Part shown: piece after piece, positions 40,371 through 50,942 of the stretch
Layout of the letters: each line of letters opens with the position of its first letter
Position numbering within the stretch: the stretch's first letter is position 1
DNA from: Solirubrobacteraceae bacterium
GTDB taxonomy: Bacteria; Actinomycetota; Thermoleophilia; Solirubrobacterales; Solirubrobacteraceae
Reading direction: 5' to 3'
Assembly: GCA_036494115.1 (NCBI GenBank)
Contig: DASXOS010000084.1
Coordinates: forward strand, 11,232 to 75,231
Length of the DNA stretch: 64,000 nucleotides
Notes under the pieces: generated by a model
Databases searched by the model: none
Told to the model about the DNA's origin: nothing
What the model saw: the letters and a program-made list of their open reading frames with translations, nothing else
Made by a program: the position numbers and the translations under genes

Positions 40371-41887
40371 GCCGCGAGCGCGCTCTCCGCCTGCCCGCGC
40401 TGGCGGAGGCTGAGCGCGGTCAGGACGTCGTCCTCCGCTACGCGCTCGCGCCCGGCGAGGTCGGCGATCGTCCGGGCCACGCGCAGCACCCGATGGCGCC
40501 CCCGAGCGCTGAGTGAACCGCTCACATAGGCGCGCCTGAGGATCTGCTCGGCGACCGGCGCGAGACGCACGAACCGGCTGACCTCGCCGGTGTCCATCTC
40601 CCCGTTGCAACGAGCGTTCGCGCCGAGCAGTCGGATTCGCTGGCGTTCCCGGGCCTCCGCGACCCACCCCCGGGCGCGGGCGGAGTCGAGCGACGGCCCG
40701 GCGCGCAGCTCGTGTTCGTCGGGCCGCTGCACGCTGACCAGTAGGTCCATGCGGTCCAGCAGCGGTCCGCTGAGGCGCCGCCGATGGCGACGAAGATCCG
40801 CCTCGCCGCAGCCGCACCTGTCCCCCACCCCGGCGTACCCGCAGGGGCATGGATTGGTGGCGGCCACGAGCATGAACCGCGTGGGGAACGCGAGCGCGCG
40901 CTGGCCGCGCACGATCGTCACCACCCCGTCCTCGAGTGGCTGGCGCAGCGCGTCGAGCGCCGAGCGGTGAAACTCGGACAGCTCGTCGAGGAACAGCACG
41001 CCGTGGTTCGCGAGCGTGGCCTCACCCGGGCGCGGCGGCGATCCGCCTCCGACCAGGCCGGCCGGCGAGATCGTGTGGTGCGGCGCGCGGAACGGTCGCT
41101 GGGCGACGAGCCCGTCCGCGTGGATGCCGGCGACGCTGTGGATGCGCGTGACCTCGACCGCCTCGGCACGGCTCATCGCGGGCAGGATCGACGGCAGCCG
41201 GCGGGCCAGCATCGTCTTGCCCGTTCCGGGCGGCCCCTCGAACAGCAGGTTGTGGCCGCCGGCGGCGGCGATCTGGAGCGCCAGCAGCGGGGCGCTGTGC
41301 CCGCGCACGTCGGCCAGGTCGGGACCGGCCGCAGGCGTGCTCGGAGGTGCCGGCGCCACAGGGATCTCCGGCGCGGGTTCACCGGACACGACCGCCGCGG
41401 CCTGCCGCAGCGTCGCCACGCCGGCCACCTCGAGCCCGTCGACCAGCGCCGCCTCGCGGGCCCGTTCACTGGGGACGATCAGGCGGCTCAGCCCGGCGCG
41501 GCGAGCCCCCTCAGCCACCGCGAGGGCGCCGGGTGAGTCGCGCAGCTCCCCGCCCAGTGAGAGCTCGCCGAACACGGCGAACGCGCGCAGCGCACCGGTG
41601 TCGATCTGGCCGCTGGCGGCGAGCACGGCGAGGGCCAGCGCGGCGTCGAACCCCGGCCCGACCTTCCGCAGGAACGCAGGCGCGAGGTTCGCGGTGATCC
41701 TCGTCTGCGGGAACTCGAAGGCGGAGTTGAGAATGGCCGAGCGGACCCGGTCGCGCGACTCGCGCACCGCGGCGTCGCCGAGGCCCACGATCGTGAACGC
41801 GGGCAGCCCCGCTCGGATGTCGACCTCGACCCAGACCTGTCGCGGATCGACCCCGTCGATCGCGAACGTGGCCAGGCGGGCGAGCAT
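40367..41887 (-). CDS. comM: ComM/YifB Mg-chelatase-like AAA+ helicase
   Basis: GPPGTGKT, RPFRAPHH, GEATLANHGVLFLDEL, ATNPCPCG, SGPLLDRMD. Confidence 0.92.
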   Translation of the reverse strand: MLARLATFAIDGVDPRQVWVEVDIRAGLPAFTIVGLGDAAVRESRDRVRSAILNSAFEFPQTRITANLAPAFLRKVGPGFDAALALAVLAASGQIDTGALRAFAVFGELSLGGELRDSPGALAVAEGARRAGLSRLIVPSERAREAALVDGLEVAGVATLRQAAAVVSGEPAPEIPVAPAPPSTPAAGPDLADVRGHSAPLLALQIAAAGGHNLLFEGPPGTGKTMLARRLPSILPAMSRAEAVEVTRIHSVAGIHADGLVAQRPFRAPHHTISPAGLVGGGSPPRPGEATLANHGVLFLDELSEFHRSALDALRQPLEDGVVTIVRGQRALAFPTRFMLVAATNPCPCGYAGVGDRCGCGEADLRRHRRRLSGPLLDRMDLLVSVQRPDEHELRAGPSLDSARARGWVAEARERQRIRLLGANARCNGEMDTGEVSRFVRLAPVAEQILRRAYVSGSLSARGRHRVLRVARTIADLAGRERVAEDDVLTALSLRQRGQAESALAA

Positions 41888-41893
41888 GACGGC

Positions 41894-42020
41894 GACGCTA
41901 CGCCCGATCGCGTGACGCGTGGGTCACGCCGTGTGCCAACTCTGCGCAAGCGAGGTCCTCACGATTGAGGAGATTTGGCTCAGCCCGTCACCCACGTGTC
42001 ACGGGATCGCCCGTAGCGTC
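41894..42020. promoter_or_regulatory. Pair of near-identical divergent promoters (35-bp inverted repeat)
   Basis: 41894-41928 (-) and 41986-42020 (+) match at 30/35; each ends in TAGCGT 7-8 nt before the start codon of comM or yraN. Confidence 0.75.
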
Positions 42021-42027
42021 AGCGCCC

Positions 42028-42402
42028 GTGAGCAGCGACCCCCGCCACGCCCTCGGTCAGCTCGGCGAGCGGCTCGCCGCGGACCATCTGGAGCGGCGCG
42101 GGTTCCGGATCCTCGACCGCAACTTCCGCACGCGCCACGGAGAGCTCGACATCGTGGCCTTCGACGGCCGGACGATGGTCTTCTGCGAGGTCAAGACTCG
42201 CCGCCTGGCCCCCGGATCGGGCAACCCCTTCGACGCGATCCGCTCGACCAAGCGCTCCCGCGTGCGCAAGATGGCCGCCCGCTGGCTGGCCGAGGCGAGC
42301 GACCGGCCCTACGCCGACATGCTTCGCTTCGACGCGATTGGCGTGACCTTCGACCTATCCGGGCGTTTGGTGGCGCTGGAGCACTTGGAGGGGTGCTTCT
42401 GA
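42028..42402 (+). CDS. yraN: YraN family nuclease
   Basis: LGQLGERLAA, ILDRNFRTRHGELDIVA, FCEVKTR, RFDAIGV. Confidence 0.93.
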   Translation: MSSDPRHALGQLGERLAADHLERRGFRILDRNFRTRHGELDIVAFDGRTMVFCEVKTRRLAPGSGNPFDAIRSTKRSRVRKMAARWLAEASDRPYADMLRFDAIGVTFDLSGRLVALEHLEGCF

Positions 42403-42510
42403 GCTCTTTCTCGATGGCGGTGGCGTTCTTTCGGGGGGCGCCCGGGTTGACGGGTGCGGTCTGGTTTAAACGGCGCGTTGAGAGGGAGGGTTTCTCCGCT
42501 TCAGCGTTCC

Positions 42511-42636
42511 GATCACGACCACAGCTCGACAAATCCGGCGCACTCCCCGGCGATTGTCGAGCTAGGTGCGTCATGGAGCAACAGCTCGTCATTCGCCCTG
42601 GGACCCGCCGGAATTGTCGAACTACGGTCGTCGATG
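42511..42636. repeat. REP-like doublet of imperfect palindromes with 60-bp period
   Basis: ACAGCTCGACAA...ATTGTCGAGCTA (42521-42564) and ACAGCTCGTCAT...ATTGTCGAACTA (42581-42624). Confidence 0.7.
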
Positions 42637-42713
42637 ACCCCCTCCCCCCTCCCCAGCACGCCGTTCCGGCCCACGACCATCGGCCCGAGGCGTCAGCGGT
42701 CGAACAAGCCGGC

Positions 42714-43517
42714 TCAGGCCACTTCGAACGCGGCCAGCCCGAGCTGCTGGTAGGCCGCCGACTGGAACGACAGGCGGTGCAGGGGCGAGACGCCGAGCCG
42801 CTCGATCGCGTCGCGGTGCTCGGGCGTGGCGTAGCCGACGTGCTGGGCGAACTCCCAGCCGGGATGGGCGACGTCGGCGCGCCGCATGTAGCGATCGCGG
42901 GTCTCCTTGGCGATCACCGAGGCGGCCGCAATCGCGGCGCTCTTGGCGTCGCCACCGATCACCGCCCGCTGCTCGAAGGCGACGCCCCTGACCGGGAAGC
43001 CGTCGCTCAGGCAGATCGAGCTCGCGCAGCCGACCCGGTTGAGCGCGTCGCGCAACGCCGCCAGGTTGGTGACATGGAGGCCGCGGGCGTCGATGCCGGG
43101 CGCGCAGCGGGTGATCACCGCCACCTTGGCGGCGATCCGGAGGATCAGCGGGAACAGCTCGGCGCGCCCCTGGGGCGTCTGCTGCTTGGAGTCGTTGAGC
43201 GCCCCGAGGGTGCGGACCTCGGCGGGACCGATCCGCTCGAGGTCGAGCAGCACCCCGGCCGCCACCAGCGGCCCAGCCAGGCAGCCCCGCCCGGCCTCGT
43301 CGGCGCCGGCGACGAACCGGTGGCCGAGCGAACGGTCGAAGGCGAACAGCTTGCGGCCCGACCGCGGGCGCTTGCCGCGCTTGCCGTTGCGGCTGCCGTT
43401 CTGCGCCTTGGCGCCGCGGCCCTCAGAGGAGGCCGATGCGGTCAGGCGGCCAGTAGGTGGCGAAGGCGACACCGATGACCCATTTGTCGGGGACGGGTCC
43501 CCAGAAGCGGCTGTCAT
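42714..43517 (-). CDS. rnhB: Ribonuclease HII (start uncertain, overlaps lepB)
   Basis: AGADEAGRGCLAGP, LNDSK, GGDAKSAAIAAASVIAK, HRLSF. Confidence 0.92.
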   Translation of the reverse strand: MTAASGDPSPTNGSSVSPSPPTGRLTASASSEGRGAKAQNGSRNGKRGKRPRSGRKLFAFDRSLGHRFVAGADEAGRGCLAGPLVAAGVLLDLERIGPAEVRTLGALNDSKQQTPQGRAELFPLILRIAAKVAVITRCAPGIDARGLHVTNLAALRDALNRVGCASSICLSDGFPVRGVAFEQRAVIGGDAKSAAIAAASVIAKETRDRYMRRADVAHPGWEFAQHVGYATPEHRDAIERLGVSPLHRLSFQSAAYQQLGLAAFEVA

Positions 43518-44031
43518 CCGACTCTCCACGGTTGTCGCCCATCATGAAGTAGTCGCCGGGCGGAATCGTGATCGATTTCGGGAAATTGCATGAAGGATCG
43601 CTGCCGCAGGGCGCGATGTAGGTGTCCTTCTCGCGGACCCCGTTGCGGAGCACATGGCCGTCGGAGATCGTGATCCTGTCCCCAGGCCCCGCGACCACAC
43701 GCTTGATGAAGGTCTGGCCTGACTCCTCGGGCGTCGGCGTGTCGCAGGGCTGCTGATGGCCGCCGCCCTGCTGGGGGTTCCCGCACACCGGCGAGCTCGG
43801 ATCCGCGCCCTTCGGCGGATGGAAGACGACGATGTCGCCGACGCTCGGATGGTTGACCAGGCGGTTGGTGAGGACGCGCTGTCCGACCTTGAGAGTCGGC
43901 ACCATCGAGGGGCTCGGGATCCGGTAGGGCTTGACGATGAACGCCTGGATGAGGAGCGCCAGGCCCACCGCGATCGCGATCGTGACGACGAGTTCGACGA
44001 GCGATTTCATGGTGGATTTCTGCCTGGACAT
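43423..44031 (-). CDS. lepB: Signal peptidase I (copy 2)
   Basis: [29 protein letters not shown]. Confidence 0.93.
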   Translation of the reverse strand: MSRQKSTMKSLVELVVTIAIAVGLALLIQAFIVKPYRIPSPSMVPTLKVGQRVLTNRLVNHPSVGDIVVFHPPKGADPSSPVCGNPQQGGGHQQPCDTPTPEESGQTFIKRVVAGPGDRITISDGHVLRNGVREKDTYIAPCGSDPSCNFPKSITIPPGDYFMMGDNRGESDDSRFWGPVPDKWVIGVAFATYWPPDRIGLL

Positions 44032-44042
44032 CTGCCGCGGGG

Positions 44043-44669
44043 TTACATGAACCCGATGCGGTCGGGCGGCCAGTAGGTCAAGAACGCCTTGCCAATGATC
44101 CACGACTTCGGCACCGGCCCCCAGAACCGGCTGTCATCGGAGGCGCCCCGGTTGTCGCCCATCATGTAGTACTCGCCCTTGGGCACGGTGATCGTGCCGG
44201 AGAAGGTACATGCCCCACCGGCGCCACACGGGTCGATGTAGGAGTCCTTCTCAGGAACTCCGTTGCGGATGACGTGGCCACCGCGGATCTGGATGCGATC
44301 GCCGGGTAGCCCGACGACGCGCTTGATGAAGGTCTCGGACGACGCCTGCGATCCAGCCATGTCGCACGGCTGGGCCCCGTTCTGCCCGGCCTGATTTTCG
44401 CCCTGGCGCGGGTTGGCGCAGCCGGTGGCGTAGGTCTTGGGCGGATGGAACACCACGATGTTGCCGACAGACGGCGAGCTGAAGTTGTTGCCGATCCGGT
44501 CGACCAGCACCCGCTGGTTGATGTGCAGGGTCGGCTCCATCGACCCGCTGGGGATCTTGTACGGCTTGACGATGAAGGCCTGGATCGCGAGCGCCAGCCC
44601 CAGCGCGATCGCGACGATCACCACGAGCTCCAGAATCGAGCTCGCGAGCGACTTCTTCGCTGTGGTCAC
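44043..44669 (-). CDS. lepB: Signal peptidase I (copy 1)
   Basis: [30 protein letters not shown]. Confidence 0.93.
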   Translation of the reverse strand: MTTAKKSLASSILELVVIVAIALGLALAIQAFIVKPYKIPSGSMEPTLHINQRVLVDRIGNNFSSPSVGNIVVFHPPKTYATGCANPRQGENQAGQNGAQPCDMAGSQASSETFIKRVVGLPGDRIQIRGGHVIRNGVPEKDSYIDPCGAGGACTFSGTITVPKGEYYMMGDNRGASDDSRFWGPVPKSWIIGKAFLTYWPPDRIGFM

Positions 44670-45307
44670 ACCTGTTCTTCGCCGGCGGACTGGACTGTGT
44701 CCGCCGGACCGGGCTCCTGAGCCACCGAGGGGGGATCGGACTCGGGCGGCTCCTCGCCACCCTGCGGCTCCTCCACCGACTGCGCCGTCGCTTCAGGCGG
44801 CGACGCCTCGGTCCCTTCCGCACCATCCGCGACCTCGGCGGCCGCGTCCCCAGTGGTTTCAGTCACCTCGGCGGCCGGCTCGACCGCCTCCGGTGCCGCC
44901 TCCTGCGCCCCGTCGGTCTCGGGGCTGTACAGCAGGCCGGCCTCAACGGCCTCCTCGGGCCGATTGGACCGGCGCTCGCGCACGCGGGCGCGCTTGCCGA
45001 CGCGGCCGCGTAGGTAGTAGAGCTTCGCGCGGCGCACGTCGCCACGAGCGGCCACCTCGATCCGCTCGATCTTCGGCGAATGGAGTGGGAAGGTTCGCTC
45101 CACGCCCACTCCGAACGACTGCTTGCGGACCGTGAACGTCTCCCGGGCGCCATGGCCCTGGCGCTTGATCACGACGCCTTCGAACACCTGCGTGCGGCGG
45201 CGGGTCCCCTCGATCACCTGAAAGTGGACGCGGAGGCGATCACCGGCGTCGAACGTCGGTACCCGGCGGAGCTGTGCACGCTCCAGGCTGTCAATCACGG
45301 TGCTCAT
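44666..45307 (-). CDS. rplS: 50S ribosomal protein L19 with acidic C-terminal extension
   Basis: [33 protein letters not shown]. Confidence 0.97.
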   Translation of the reverse strand: MSTVIDSLERAQLRRVPTFDAGDRLRVHFQVIEGTRRRTQVFEGVVIKRQGHGARETFTVRKQSFGVGVERTFPLHSPKIERIEVAARGDVRRAKLYYLRGRVGKRARVRERRSNRPEEAVEAGLLYSPETDGAQEAAPEAVEPAAEVTETTGDAAAEVADGAEGTEASPPEATAQSVEEPQGGEEPPESDPPSVAQEPGPADTVQSAGEEQV

Positions 45308-45392
45308 GGAAGTGGAATGGCTGACGCGGTGCGGTCGGACGGGTCATTGGCGCCCGAGGGCCTGCGCACAGTGCCCGCACCCACGCGGCGGA

Positions 45393-46079
45393 CTATGGTA
45401 GCGGACCGGCCTCCAGGCGCGACCTGGCCTGGGCGAGACGCCACGCCCGGATCCGGGCGTGGTGTCCGGAGAGCAGCACCTCCGGGACTGCCCAGCCCCG
45501 GTACTGAGCGGGGCGGGTGTAGTGCGGATACTCCGGCGCCCCCTCAAGCGCGGCGCTGAACGACTCCTCGATCGCCGAGTGCTCGTGGCCGAGCGACCCC
45601 GGCAGCTTGCGGATCACGGCGTCGCAGAGCACCATCGCCGCCAGCTCGCCGCCGGCCAGCACGTAGCGGCCGATCGAGACCCGATCGGAGGCGAAGTGCT
45701 CGAGCACGCGTTCGTCGAACCCCTCGTAGCGCCCCGCGAGCAGGGTCAGCGCCGGCTCGGAGGCGAGCTCCTCGACGAATCCGTCGTCGAGCACACGACC
45801 GCCCGGGGTCAGCGCCAGCACCCGCCGGTGGTTCCGCAGCTCCACCGGGTCCTCCCCATAGCGGGAGCGCAGCGCGGCCTCGACCACGTCGACGCGCAGC
45901 ACCATGCCGGCGCCTCCGCCGAACGGCGTGTCATCAACCTGGCCGGCGCCGAGCGGCGTGTGGTCGCGGTAATTGACATAGCCGAGGCCGAGGCCGGCCG
46001 CCTCGGCGTTGCGGACGTGGCGCTGGGACTGAAACCAGGTGAATGCCTCCGGGAACAGCGTGAAGATCTCGATGTCCAC
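45393..46079 (-). CDS. trmD: tRNA (guanine-N1)-methyltransferase
   Basis: VDDTPFGGGAGM, GRYEGFDER, SIGRYVLAGGE, EYPHYTRP. Confidence 0.96.
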   Translation of the reverse strand: MDIEIFTLFPEAFTWFQSQRHVRNAEAAGLGLGYVNYRDHTPLGAGQVDDTPFGGGAGMVLRVDVVEAALRSRYGEDPVELRNHRRVLALTPGGRVLDDGFVEELASEPALTLLAGRYEGFDERVLEHFASDRVSIGRYVLAGGELAAMVLCDAVIRKLPGSLGHEHSAIEESFSAALEGAPEYPHYTRPAQYRGWAVPEVLLSGHHARIRAWRLAQARSRLEAGPLP

Positions 46080-46081
46080 CG

Positions 46082-46579
46082 CTAGCGCTCCCCCAGGAAC
46101 TCGAGGTCGATCTCGATCTGGCGCCGCTCGACGTCGACCGCGCGAACGGCATCGGCGATCAGCGGGACGAGGAGGTCAGCGCCGTCCGCGCGGGCGACCT
46201 CGAGCACCTCGCATGAGGGGAGGACGAGCATCCGGCGCACGGTGCCGACGACCACGTCCCGGTCACGCACCTCACATCCTTCGAGCTCCTCGGCCCACCA
46301 CTCGTCCTCTTCGAGCTCAGGCGCCTCGCTGCGCGCCACGAGCAACTCCGCCCCGCGCAGTGCGGCCGCCGCGGCACGGTCCTCGTAGCCGTCGAGCCGG
46401 ATGATCGGGCGTTGGTCGGTCCCGGCCCGCCGGGTGATCATGGCCGGCGCCTCGCGCACGACGACCTCGGCGCCGAGCGTCAGCAGTCGCGGCAGCGGCT
46501 CGCTCACGTGGAAGCTGCCGTCGAGACCGTGGGGGCTGCCGATCCGGCCCGCGCGCAGCCAGCCACGCTGCTCGCTCAT
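46082..46579 (-). CDS. rimM: 16S rRNA processing factor RimM
   Basis: GRIGSPHGLDG, ELEEDEWW, LLVP; rpsP-KH-rimM-trmD synteny. Confidence 0.92.
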   Translation of the reverse strand: MSEQRGWLRAGRIGSPHGLDGSFHVSEPLPRLLTLGAEVVVREAPAMITRRAGTDQRPIIRLDGYEDRAAAAALRGAELLVARSEAPELEEDEWWAEELEGCEVRDRDVVVGTVRRMLVLPSCEVLEVARADGADLLVPLIADAVRAVDVERRQIEIDLEFLGER

Positions 46580-46586
46580 CGGCGCC

Positions 46587-46823
46587 TCAGGAGTCGACGA
46601 TGTCCACGAACACGCGGCGCCTGTCCTTCGTCGCCGCGGTCTTGATCACCGTGCGCAGCGCCGCGGCCGTGCGGCCACCCCGCCCGATCACGCTGCCGTA
46701 GTCGCCCTCGCCCACCGACAGCTCGAGCACGACCGTCCCGTCGCCCTCCTGGACCTCGGTCACCTCGACCTCGTCGGGGCTCTCGACCAAGCCGCGCGCC
46801 AGGTACTCGAGGAGCTCCTTCAT
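46587..46823 (-). CDS. khpA: KH-domain RNA-binding protein
   Basis: VIGRGGRTAAALR; usual position after rpsP. Confidence 0.9.
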   Translation of the reverse strand: MKELLEYLARGLVESPDEVEVTEVQEGDGTVVLELSVGEGDYGSVIGRGGRTAAALRTVIKTAATKDRRRVFVDIVDS

Positions 46824-46836
46824 CGCAGAGGGACCG

Positions 46837-47079
46837 CTAGCGGATGCCCTGGGTGTGCAGCAGCTTGCGGACGGTGTCGGTCGGCTGCGCGCCGCGGGCC
46901 AGCCAGTCCCGGATCCGCTCCTCGTCGAGCACGATCGTCGACGGTTCGGTCTGGGCGTTGTAGTGGCCGACGGTCTCGATCACCCGGCCGTCGCGTTTGG
47001 CGCGCTGGTCGGCGACGACCACCCGCCAGATGGGGTTCTTGCGGCCGCCGATGCGTGTGAGTCGGAGTCGTACTGACAT
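46837..47079 (-). CDS. rpsP: 30S ribosomal protein S16
   Basis: VRLRLTRIG, VVADQRAKRDG, WLARGAQPTDTV. Confidence 0.96.
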   Translation of the reverse strand: MSVRLRLTRIGGRKNPIWRVVVADQRAKRDGRVIETVGHYNAQTEPSTIVLDEERIRDWLARGAQPTDTVRKLLHTQGIR

Positions 47080-47122
47080 GGTTGCGGTCGTCGAGGTTAG
47101 CGTGCGGAGGCCCCGCACGGGG

Positions 47123-48454
<1,332 letters not shown>

Positions 48455-48476
48455 GTTTTCGGCCTACGGTGTGAGG

Positions 48477-49433
48477 TTAGTGCTCAGGCGGCCCGACCTG
48501 TGGCGGCGCCGAGTTCCCCGACGGGAGCTGGCCCTTGCCGGCATCCGTGTCCGCGGGCGCGTCATCGGGCGCAGCGCCGAACGCCCTGCCGATGCCGCCG
48601 AACGCCTCGGCGAACTCGGATGGGATCACGAACACCTTGTTGGCGTCGCCCTGGGCGAGCTGCGGGAGCATCTGCAGATACTGGTAGCTGAGCAGGCGCT
48701 GGTCGGGCTTGCCCTCATGGATCGCGGTGAACACGGTCTGGATCGCCTGGGCCTCGCCCTCGGAGCGCAGGATCGCCGCCTGCTTCTGGCCCTCCGCGGT
48801 CAGCACAGCGGCCTGCTTCTGGCCCTCGGCGGTGAGGATCTGCGATTGCTTGACGCCCTCGGCGTTGAGGATCGCGGCGCGCCGGTCGCGCTCGGCCCGC
48901 ATCTGCTTCTCCATCGCCTCCTGGATCGTGCCGGGGGGATCGATCGACTTGATCTCCACCCGGTTGACGCGGATCCCCCACTTGCCGGTGGCCTCGTCGA
49001 GCACACCGCGCAGCTGAGCGTTGATGTGATCGCGGCTGGTGAGCGCGTCCTCCAGGGACAGCGACCCGATCACGTTGCGCAGCGTGGTGACCGTGATCTG
49101 CTCGATCGCCTGGAGCGGGTTGGCGACCTCGTACGTGGCGGACTTCGCGTCGTTGACCGTGAAATACAGGACGGTGTCGATCTGGACGACGAGGTTGTCG
49201 GAGGTGATCACCGGCTGGGGCGGGAACGAGACGACCTGCTCGCGCAGATCGATCAGTGGCTTCAGCCGGTCGACGAACGGCATCAGGATCGTCAGCCCCG
49301 GCATGAGCGTGCGGTTGTAGCGCCCGAGTCGCTCGACGATCCCGGCTCGCGCCTGGGGCACGATCCGGATCGTCCGGGCGAACAGGATCACCAGGAACAC
49401 CACAACTACGATCGCGACGATTGCTCCAGCCAT
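48477..49433 (-). CDS. SPFH (stomatin/band 7) domain protein
   Basis: N-terminal TM, ERLGRY, DLREQV, QMRAERDRRA, AEGQKQA repeats. Confidence 0.92.
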   Translation of the reverse strand: MAGAIVAIVVVVFLVILFARTIRIVPQARAGIVERLGRYNRTLMPGLTILMPFVDRLKPLIDLREQVVSFPPQPVITSDNLVVQIDTVLYFTVNDAKSATYEVANPLQAIEQITVTTLRNVIGSLSLEDALTSRDHINAQLRGVLDEATGKWGIRVNRVEIKSIDPPGTIQEAMEKQMRAERDRRAAILNAEGVKQSQILTAEGQKQAAVLTAEGQKQAAILRSEGEAQAIQTVFTAIHEGKPDQRLLSYQYLQMLPQLAQGDANKVFVIPSEFAEAFGGIGRAFGAAPDDAPADTDAGKGQLPSGNSAPPQVGPPEH

Positions 49434-49442
49434 GGTCGCCTC

Positions 49443-49874
49443 CTATTCGGTCACCAGCGCCGTCGCGCCCTTGATGTCGACTATATGTACGCGGGTCCCC
49501 CGCTCGATGATCTCGTCATCGTCGAATGCCCTCGCGGTCCAGACCTCACCGTCGATCTTCACACATCCGGCGCCCTCGTCGTTGGCAATTCGCTCGAGCA
49601 CGATCGCCTGCTTCCCCACCAGGGCGGCGGCGCCGGTCCGGATCTGCGGCGGGACCTTCATGTGGGAGCGCGCGATCGGCCGCACGATCCCCAGGGTCAT
49701 GACCGAGGCGACGATGAACACGATCCAGGCCGGGAGCCCACCCGCGCCGGCCGCATCCACGATCGCCGCGAGCCCCGCCCCGAGTGCAAACGGCGCCAGG
49801 AAGAAGCTGGTCGTGAGCATCTCGCCGATCCCGAACACACAGGCCGCGATCACCCACCAAACCCATCCTGACAT
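49443..49874 (-). CDS. NfeD family protein
   Basis: Hydrophobic N-terminus, G.VKIDGEVWTARA OB-fold; adjacent to the SPFH gene. Confidence 0.88.
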   Translation of the reverse strand: MSGWVWWVIAACVFGIGEMLTTSFFLAPFALGAGLAAIVDAAGAGGLPAWIVFIVASVMTLGIVRPIARSHMKVPPQIRTGAAALVGKQAIVLERIANDEGAGCVKIDGEVWTARAFDDDEIIERGTRVHIVDIKGATALVTE

Positions 49875-49927
49875 GTGCCTGCGAGCTTATCGCCCTGCGT
49901 GGCCGGTCAACCGAGGATTGTGCGGTG

Positions 49928-50920
49928 TTACTGGGTGACCAGGGCCCGGGCGAACTCGCTGGGCTCGAACGGGCGCAGGTCCTCGAGCTTCTCGCCGATG
50001 CCGATCAGCTTCACCGGGATCCCCAGCTCATGCGCGATCGCCAAGGCGATGCCGCCCTTGGCGGTCCCGTCCAGCTTGGTCAGCACCAGCCCGTCCACGC
50101 TCACCGCCTCTGAGAACAGGCGCGCCTGCCGGAGCCCGTTCTGGCCGGTGGTGGCGTCGACCGTGAGCAGCGTCTCGTGCGGCGCCTCAGGGATCTGCTT
50201 GCTGATCACGCGCCGCACCTTGGTGAGCTCGGCCATCAGGTCGTCTTGGGTGTGGAGGCGGCCGGCCGTGTCGATGATCACGACGTCCGCGCCCTCGCGA
50301 CGCGCGGTGGCGACCGCGTCGTAGGCAACGGCGCCCGGATCGGCGCGCTCGGGCCCCTTTACGAACGCGACCCCGGCTCGCTGCGCCCACTCCTCGAGCT
50401 GCTCCACCCCGGCGGCGCGGAACGTGTCCGCGGCACCGAGCACCACCGAGCGGCCGAGCTCCTTGCGCAGGTGCCAGGCGAGCTTGCCCACGGTCGTCGT
50501 CTTGCCCGTCCCGTTGACCCCGGCGACGAGGATCACGGTCGGCTCCGGAGTGAGATCGATGCGGTCGTCGCCGGTCTTGGCGATGTCGGCGAGCAGCTCG
50601 GTCAACCGGTTGCTCAGCGCCTCGCCGCCGGTGATGTCACCGGCCGTCGCCTCGCGCTCGAGCTGCTCGACCACCTGCGCAGTGGTTCGGGCCCCGACGT
50701 CGGCGTAGATCAGGGCCTCCTCGAGCCGTTCCCAGGTCTCGTCGCTCAGATCCTCGAACAGGGTGGCCTGAATCTCCGAGGAGAGGGCCTGGCGGGTCCG
50801 TCTCAGGTTCTCGCGCAACCGCCGGAAACGGCCCACCCGCCGCTCCTCGGCGGCGGGCGCCTCGTCCTGCGGCGCGGGGGCGCCGTTCACGATGAACAGG
50901 TCCTGCCAGTCGCGAGCCAT
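49928..50920 (-). CDS. ftsY: SRP receptor FtsY
   Basis: GVNGTGKTTT, DTFRAA, DTAGRL, TKLDGTAKGG. Confidence 0.97.
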   Translation of the reverse strand: MARDWQDLFIVNGAPAPQDEAPAAEERRVGRFRRLRENLRRTRQALSSEIQATLFEDLSDETWERLEEALIYADVGARTTAQVVEQLEREATAGDITGGEALSNRLTELLADIAKTGDDRIDLTPEPTVILVAGVNGTGKTTTVGKLAWHLRKELGRSVVLGAADTFRAAGVEQLEEWAQRAGVAFVKGPERADPGAVAYDAVATARREGADVVIIDTAGRLHTQDDLMAELTKVRRVISKQIPEAPHETLLTVDATTGQNGLRQARLFSEAVSVDGLVLTKLDGTAKGGIALAIAHELGIPVKLIGIGEKLEDLRPFEPSEFARALVTQ

Positions 50921-50942
50921 TGCGGCCGGCGACGTTAGCCGA

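Noticed and set aside
42511-42636. CRISPR array
   Set aside because: Only two degenerate units, no spacers, and no cas genes in the window
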